A stretch of 64,000 nt of DNA, from positions 65,844,001 through 65,908,000 of the forward strand of contig OX597826.1 of NCBI GenBank assembly GCA_951406725.2. Direction: 5' to 3'. Each line of letters opens with the position of its first letter. Position 1 is the first letter of the stretch. This document shows positions 57,304 through 64,000 of the stretch, in pieces. This DNA is from Octopus vulgaris (Eukaryota). Made by a program: the position numbers and the translations under genes. Under the pieces are notes generated by a model. That model was not told where the DNA came from and ran no database searches. It worked only from the letters and a program-made list of their open reading frames with translations.

Positions 57304-58050
57304 CGCGCGCGTGTTTGTGTGTGTGTGTGTGTGTATCATTGAAACCGAGGATGAGGGATCTTTGGTTAGAACGGTGTCACCTTTCACGTAAGTCAGTTTC
57401 ATGAGGTTTCCTTGGTGAACCTCTCTCGTATCTAATCGTAACAGGAAATATAAATGTATTTAAAATAACAGAAGCATGACTTCCTCGGGAAAATACAATA
57501 TAATTATGATAAATTTTATCATATATAATTACGATAAAATTTATCATATATAGTTATGATAAAATTTATTACATGAACGATGATATCATTATAAAATAAA
57601 CGAAAGTGGGTGTAATAGCTTTGTGTGATTATGTCTAACAATTTCCTTTATATCTTTATCTTATTTTTAATCTCTTTTTTTTTACTTGTTTCAGTCATTT
57701 GACTGCGTGACATCTTGGGCAAGTCTCTTCTACTCTAGCCTCAGGCAGACAAAGGTTTTGTGGGTGGATTTGTTAGACGGAAACTGAAAGAAGCCCTTCA
57801 TATGTGCATGTGTGTACGTGGTGGGGTGCGTGTGTTTTTGTGTCTATGTTTGTTCCTGCTTGACAACCGGTGTTGGTGTGATTACGTCTGCGTAACACAG
57901 CAGTTCGGCAAAAGAAATCGATAGAATAACACCAGGCTGAAAAAAAAGTACTGATGTTGATTCATTCTACTAGAATTCTTCAAGGCGGTGCCCCAGCATG
58001 GTCGCAGTCTAATGACGGAAACAAGAAAAAGAAAAAAGAATAAAAGAATA
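56670..58050. mobile_element. Cluster of SINE family B fragments (- ~56670-57220, + ~57705-58050)
   Basis: Matches to family B segments. Confidence 0.7.
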
Positions 58051-58285
58051 CATACATAAATATGCATACATACATACATACATACTCATACGTGTGGTAT
58101 GAGTACATACATGCGTGTAAAGTGTGTATATATAGCTGAGCGTGTATATTATCTGAATCTGTGTGTTTATGTTGGTGTATAAGATTTAGGGTGAAGGAAG
58201 ATTCATATAATTAGGTGGGTACATAGACAAACTAAAAGATGAAGATATTCGTGCATATACACTCAAACATATACCTGCACACACA

Positions 58286-58332
<47 letters not shown>

Positions 58333-58544
58333 AGAAAACGAAGGCAGTCAGAATTTTGGATGATTCTTTATTGGTGCTTTCGTCTGTTTATCGAACTCGT
58401 CAACACAAAATCAAAATTAAAATGGTGATTTTGTCTTGACGAGTTCGATAAAAGAACGAAAGCGCTAATAAAGAATTATCCAAAATTCTGACTGCCTTCT
58501 TTTTCTCAATATACAAGATCTGTACATCACTTCAAACACTTTAT

Positions 58545-58575
<31 letters not shown>

Positions 58576-58882
58576 TATATGTATATATACACACACACAT
58601 ATATATACGGCCATACATGTGTGCTTGTGTTTGTGTCTTATCCGAGGGATGGAGTACATGAATTACGCGGCATGTATCTCAGCTTCAGTATCTCCAGCAC
58701 TATATCCATCCCGAACCCTGTTCGTCCCCCTTTGTGATGTATTTTCTTTGGACCGATTTGAACCCTGTAATTGAGTAGTTATTTGTAACTTTAAAGGGCA
58801 AAGTTCAAACCGTCAATATGTCTTCCACAAAACAACTTGAAGCATCAGTACAAAACAATCACCTAATCTTTCTTTCTCTTTC

Positions 58883-58917
<35 letters not shown>

Positions 58918-59747
58918 CTGTCTCTCTTTCCTCTTCTCTCTCACTCTCTCTCTCTTTCTTTCTCTCTATCTCACTCTCTTTCATTCTTTCTTTCTTTCTC
59001 GCTCTCTCTCTCCCTCTCTTTGTGTGTGTATCTTTCTCTTTCTCAATGTTTCACTTTTTACCTCTCATTCACACACACTCTCTCTCTCTCTCTCTCTCTC
59101 TCTTGCTCCCTGTCTCTGTCTCTCTCTCTATTCCTCTCTCTCTCTCTCTCACACACACTTATACACACATACACACACTGTCTTTCTATCTTTCTCACTC
59201 CTTTTTTCTCTTCCTGGAGAAATTCAGCTGATCTAATTTTCCCATCCTTTTAATGACATATATGATAGAGATTCTGTCACTTCTGTGCGTAATCTCGCAT
59301 TCATCATATCACTACAGAACATTTTAACTCAAGAACGTTCGTATAAGAGCTTAAAATTAAACGGGAAATATATATAATCTCTTAACAGCCGTCTGGAATT
59401 TTCATAGCACGTTATTAACAGATTAATCAATTTTTCACAAATCTAAGACATTAATGTAGCAAAATAAATAAAAACTTCCTTTGCAATATTTATAACATGT
59501 AAAATGAATCCGTTATTTTTATAACATGCTGTTGTTAAGGAGGAAAAAGAATGAAAAGACTTCTTTTCTTCATGAAGAAGTTTGAAAATGAAGCAGGGAA
59601 GAGATGAAGGAAACTATTAAATTTTTGTGTTGTACTTACCTGGCAAGGAATTGAAGTCAACCCTGATCTAGCACAGCTATAATTAAAGACGTTCCGGGAG
59701 TGACCATCCTGTGTTTTATTCAAGCAGGGTAACCAAGGCCTTTATAG

Positions 59748-60410
59748 TATTGGGTTGGCAACTAAGTTCCCGCCGTTTTTTTTAATTAAAAGTTTTTAAA
59801 AGGCTTAATAAAAAATAACAACTAATTAATCAATAATGTATTCAACTTTGTTGTTTACAACTTCTTCCTAACTTTCAACAAGATTTTCAATACCTCGTTG
59901 GTAGAAATCACCCGATTTCGACTCGAAAAATTGTTCCAACTAAGCTATCAATTTTGTATCAGTACTGAACGAAACTCCACGCATAGCATTTGAAAGAGAT
60001 CGAAAGAGGTGGAAATCCGTTGGTGCCAAATCAGGAGAGTATGGCGAGTGTGGCAGCGATATAAGGGCGAGCGTTGTCGTGCAGCAGAAAAACTCCATGC
60101 TGCCGATTAGGTCTTTTCTCTTGAATAGCCGTGTTGAGTCGTTCCATCTGTTGAACACAGAGTTCCGCGTTGACCGTTTGGTTCCGTTCAACCAATTCGT
60201 AATGGATAATCCCTTCCCAGTCCCACCATACGTTCAACATCGTTTTACACAGATGAAGATCTTGTTTCACGCTTGTTTACCGGAGCTAAGCCATTCCTTA
60301 CGCTACTTCATATTGATGTACAGGCACCAATTTTCGTCGCCAGTAACGATTCGGTTAAGAAATTGTTGCTTGTGTCCATGGGTTGAGCGGTGACGAGCAA
60401 GCAAATCAGC
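59748..60410 (-). mobile_element. Mariner (DD34D) transposon remnant: C-terminal transposase pseudogene plus 3' TIR
   Basis: Minus-strand frames give RIVTGDENW, MLNVWWDWEGIIHYEL, LLHDNARP and LPHSPYSPDLAPTDFHLFRSL, with frameshifts and stops. Terminal stop at ~59826. TIR-like TATTGGGTTGGCAACTAAGTTCCCGCCG at 59748. Confidence 0.92.
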
Positions 60411-60506
60411 GTGATGTTTGAAAAAGAGGAAGACAGTGATACTTTAATGTATTTAGTTATAATAAATTCGCTATTTTTCTCTTACATGTTTTTCTTTCTC
60501 TTGCAG

Positions 60507-60552
60507 ACGCCTACTCTATACAGTGTGATATATTACTCCAGTGTGTACAAAG
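60507..60552 (+). other. Probable 5' UTR part of the first coding exon (implies an upstream non-coding exon)
   Basis: Strong polypyrimidine tract and CAG acceptor 46 nt upstream of the ATG. Confidence 0.55.
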
Positions 60553-60977
60553 ATGGAAGACTTAACGTGTTCAAATGAGACCATGATGCCATTGAAAGCT
60601 TCAAGTAATTGTACCAATATGTCAGTCTGTGAGAAACAAGAGACTAACATTAACATGTATGTTCCAATGTCAATGATGGTAACGGGAATGACAGGCAACT
60701 TGGCGGCCCTTCTAGTCCTTTACACACTGTCAAAGGACATCCAAAGGACGGTTTATTTCCCGCTTCTCTCTGGATTAGCTTGGGCTGATTTGATTGGTCA
60801 AGCTCTGACCAGTCCCATACCAATCCTTGTCTACTCCAAGAAAATCAAGTTGGGCGGTTATTTGTGTATGTTCAACGGGTTTGTTATGGTGTTTTTTGGT
60901 CTCCTGACACCACTCTTGGTCTGTGTCCTGTCTTTGGAACGAATGCTCTCTCTGAAGTTCACGTATTTCTATCACAG
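60553..60977 (+). CDS. PTGER4: Prostanoid (prostaglandin E2 EP4-like) class A GPCR, first coding exon (N-terminus to TM3/ICL2); subtype assignment tentative
   Basis: Translation has GMTGNLAALLVL (TM1), GLAWADLIGQALTSP (TM2) and GGYLCMFNGFVMVFFG...LSLERMLSL..YFY (TM3 ER motif), matching prostanoid receptors. Acceptor TTTCTTTCTCTTGCAG ends 60506, in-frame TGA at 60526, ATG at 60553, donor AG|GTAAGC at 60977/60978 (phase 2). Confidence 0.9.
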
Positions 60978-61586
60978 GTAAGCAAATTTTATGAGATTCT
61001 AATGTGTACGTATTAGTTGTTATTTGGGTTGTTGTTGTTGTTGTTGTTGTTGTCGTCGTCGTCGTCGTTGTTGTTGTTGTGTTGTTGTTGTTGTTATTGT
61101 TGTTGATATTTGTGGTGTAGTCTAGCTCGCGATCAACTCTGACTGAACAGATCTGTGACGAACGGTATCTCAACTATGTCCATTTTGTGTTTTAGTACAA
61201 GAACATAACTATATCCTTCCTCGTTCAAAGTAGTATAGTATGGTTTGAAAATTTGGCGGCTATTTCTTGCAAAACGAGCTACCAGATAAAAGGTCTTCCA
61301 GTATGTGTGCGATTATGTGCTTATATGTTTGTTTATATATATATATGTATGTACATGTGTGTGTACACATGAATATATGCATGTACGTATTTCTATGTAT
61401 ATTTACATCTGCGCACACGCGTGTGTAAATCCACATTGTAATTCTGATGGCGATGGTATTCGGCTTCCTCAAATTTGCTGGCCTTAGCCTATATCAAAAC
61501 CTTAATTATTACTAATGCATGTATATACATGTGTGTATGCATGTATATGTATACATTCAAGATAGAATTAAAACAATACATACATA

Positions 61587-61932
61587 GATATCTCGTGACA
61601 CTCCGTCGGTTACAACGACGAGGGTTCCAGTTGATCCGATCAACGGAACAAACCTACTCGTGAAATTAACCCGTAAGTGGCTGAGCACTCCACTGACAGG
61701 TGTGCCCTTAACGTAGCTCTCGGGGAGATTCAGTATGACAAGGCTAGTCCTTTGAAATACTGGTGCAACAGAAACAGGAAGAAAGAGTGAGAGAAGGTTG
61801 TGGTGAAAGAGTACAGCAGGGCTGTAGGTGTTTTCGCTCAATAAATACTCACAACACTCGGTCTGAGAATCGAAACCGCGATCCCACGACCGCGATTTCG
61901 CTGCCCTAACCATTGGGCCATTGCTGCCTCCA
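61587..61932 (-). mobile_element. tRNA-derived SINE in receptor intron
   Basis: Minus-strand head TGGCCCAATGGTTAGGGCAG...GGTTTCGATTCTC. Confidence 0.7.
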
Positions 61933-62112
61933 CTATATATCAATTAAATATAATGATAAAATCTATATGATTTTATCAAGTTGCCAGCGTGTAAAACCAA
62001 TAATGGTAAAAAATTAATACTAAGTATATAATTTTTTATAATTTTTTAGCGTCCCTTTCCAGCGTGTGGCTTTACTTATAGTAACAGCCCTTAATATAAT
62101 AATGCATCTGTG

Positions 62113-62193
<81 letters not shown>

Positions 62194-62254
62194 TCAAGAA
62201 AGAATTAAGTAAAACGATACAGAAATAAAAGAAACATTTAATACATCAAAATAT

Positions 62255-62597
62255 ACAGGTGAGGTTGTGTGGTTAAGAAGCTTGCTTCCCAACCACATAG
62301 TTCTAGGTTCAGTCCCACTGCGTGGCACTTAGGCAAGTGTCTTCTACTATACCCTCCAAAGCCGACCAAAGCATATGTATATATGTGTGTGAGTGTGTCC
62401 GTGTTTGTCCCCCCCCCCACCACCACCACCACTATAACGTGACAACTGATGTTGATGTGTTTGCGTCCCCGTAACTCTTCGCGGTTCGATAAAAGAACCG
62501 GTAGAATAAATACTAGGCTTATAAAGAATAAGTCCCGGAGTCAATTTCTTCGACTAAATGTGGTACTACAGCATGGCCGCAGTCGAATGACTGAAAT
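62255..62597 (+). mobile_element. SINE family B in receptor intron
   Basis: Match to family B. Confidence 0.82.
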
Positions 62598-62660
62598 TAT
62601 TTATTTTTAAATTGAAACATCAGTGATTTGCAGTCGCTCTTTTACTATGTCAGAGGTGAT

Positions 62661-62708
<48 letters not shown>

Positions 62709-62718
62709 GTGATGACGA

Positions 62719-62942
62719 GCTGGCAGAAACGTTAGCACGCCGGGCGAGATGCTGAGCGGTATTTCGTCTGTCGTAACGATGTGAGTTCAAATTCCGCCGA
62801 GGTCGACTTTGCCTTTCATCCTTTCGGGGTCGATTTAATTAAGTACCAGTTACGCACTGGGGTCGATATAATCGACTTAATACCTATGTCTGTCCTTGTT
62901 TGTCCTCTCTATGTTTAGCCCCTTGTGGGTAATAAAGAAATA
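62719..62942 (+). mobile_element. SINE family A in receptor intron, 11-bp TSD
   Basis: GGTGATGACGA at 62708-62718 and 62943-62953. Confidence 0.9.
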
Positions 62943-63001
62943 GGTGATGACGATCATACTAATAATGTCTCTTTTTTTTTTCCTCCTCTTTTCCTTCACA
63001 G

Positions 63002-63428
63002 GGTAGTTACCATCCGTAGAGCACGTCTGACAGTTATGTTCTGCTGTCTGGCCGTCCTTCTATTTTGCTGCTTGCCTTTCGTCAAATTCGGAGCGTATTC
63101 GATTCAGTTCCCGTGTACCTGGTGTTTCTTAAAGTTTCACCGGAAGACGGACTCCCATCTGTCAGTGTACGCCATCTTGTTCGGTTTCATCAACCTCGTT
63201 CTAATCGCTGCCATGGTAATCTTCAACCTCGTTGTCGTTATTACACTGCTGCACATGCGCAGACAAAGAAGAGTGAACACGTCTCCGTCTTCATCGATAA
63301 AAAGAATTCTTCCACCAACACCGGCTCCATCAGTTTTGGCCAAAATCAAAATTGAAATGGAAATCAAAATGGTGTGGTTTCTATGTTGCATCACCACATT
63401 CTTCCTTATTTGTTGGGTTCCCCTCAAT
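63002..63428 (+). CDS. PTGER4: Prostanoid (EP4-like) GPCR, second coding exon (ICL2 to TM6); gene continues beyond window
   Basis: Branch-point-like TACTAAT at 62957, polypyrimidine tract and CAG ending 63001. Phase-2 junction AG+G=Arg restores the frame. Encodes LPFVKFGAYSIQFPCTWCF (prostanoid ECL2 QxPxTWCF motif) and EIKMVWFL...ICWVPLN, then donor GTAAGT at 63429 (phase 0). Confidence 0.9.
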
Positions 63429-63594
63429 GTAAGTAAGCCTTAACGTTCTGTCTCTCTCCCTCTCTCTGTCTTTCTCTCTCTCCCTCGCTCTCTTTCTTTT
63501 TCTCTTTCTCTCAGTTTCTAATAAAAGCTTAGCAGAGTTAAACCTGAACAAATTATGTATACCTTTCTCTTTCTTTCTTTCGTGCTTTCTTTCT

Positions 63595-63706
<112 letters not shown>

Positions 63707-63735
63707 GTCTATCTATATATATATACATGTACTTT

Positions 63736-63879
63736 ATTTCAAAGCAGCAGAAAATTCAGCAAAAGCTGTAACTCTGAGTTTCACGTTCCCGTTCGTCGGA
63801 CAGTTTTTGCTCTGTCCGACGAACGGGAACGTGAAACTCAGAGTAACAGGTTTTGTTGAATTTTCTGCTGCTTTGAAAT
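63736..63879. repeat. Fold-back (68-bp arms, 8-nt loop)
   Basis: Arms 63736-63803 and 63812-63879; three mismatches. Confidence 0.95.
63812..63849 (+). ncRNA. Minimal hammerhead motif (U4C core variant) in receptor intron, mirrored on - strand at 63766-63803
   Basis: CTGT-CCGACGA-ACG-GGAA-CGT-GAAA-CTCAGAG-TA-ACAG. Confidence 0.65.
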
Positions 63880-64000
63880 TAAGCATATTACTCTATCCCT
63901 GGTATTTGAGTACTCTTTTTTCCACCTTGTTTCACATTTATGTGTTTACTCCGGTATATATACATATATACATATATATATATAAAATATACATACAAAT

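Noticed and set aside
57500-57575. Palindromic TATGATAAAATTTTATCATA repeats
   Set aside because: Short AT-rich tandem duplication with no further structure.
59632-59650. TACTTACCTGGCA resembling the 5' end of U1 snRNA
   Set aside because: Similarity stops after ~13 nt with no U1 stems or Sm site. It equals a minus-strand donor consensus with no supporting exon.
59940-60270. SETMAR-like host gene
   Set aside because: No SET domain; frameshifts, stops and a TIR show a dead mariner.
62925-63001. N-terminal extension of the 172-aa ORF
   Set aside because: SINE tail and polypyrimidine tract upstream of the real acceptor.

Overview
Eukaryotic, AT-rich, microsatellite-saturated DNA. The SINE and microsatellite landscape looks like a coleoid cephalopod, probably Octopus (inference). 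The only supportable host gene is a class A GPCR of the prostanoid (EP4/PTGER4-like) receptor family on the + strand, with coding exons 60553-60977 and 63002-63428. TM7 and the C-terminus lie beyond the window. The first ~60 kb is repeat-rich intergenic or 5' intronic sequence. It holds dozens of tRNA-derived SINE copies; decayed RTE, R4/Dong, CRE and CR1 LINEs; a Penelope GIY-YIG relic; two mariner-type transposase pseudogenes; an hAT deletion derivative with its TSD; pogo/Tigger-like MITEs; and a 100-N gap. Nearly all listed ORFs are microsatellite artefacts. The most striking unlisted signal is a population of short non-coding elements sitting in (TA)n/(CA)n arrays. They carry minimal type I hammerhead ribozyme motifs (CUGANGA...GAAA, palindromic stem III, UH), typical of Penelope-like element termini. 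Many are arranged as long fold-back hairpins, and one lies inside the receptor's intron. All coordinates were read by eye, and repeat boundaries are approximate.
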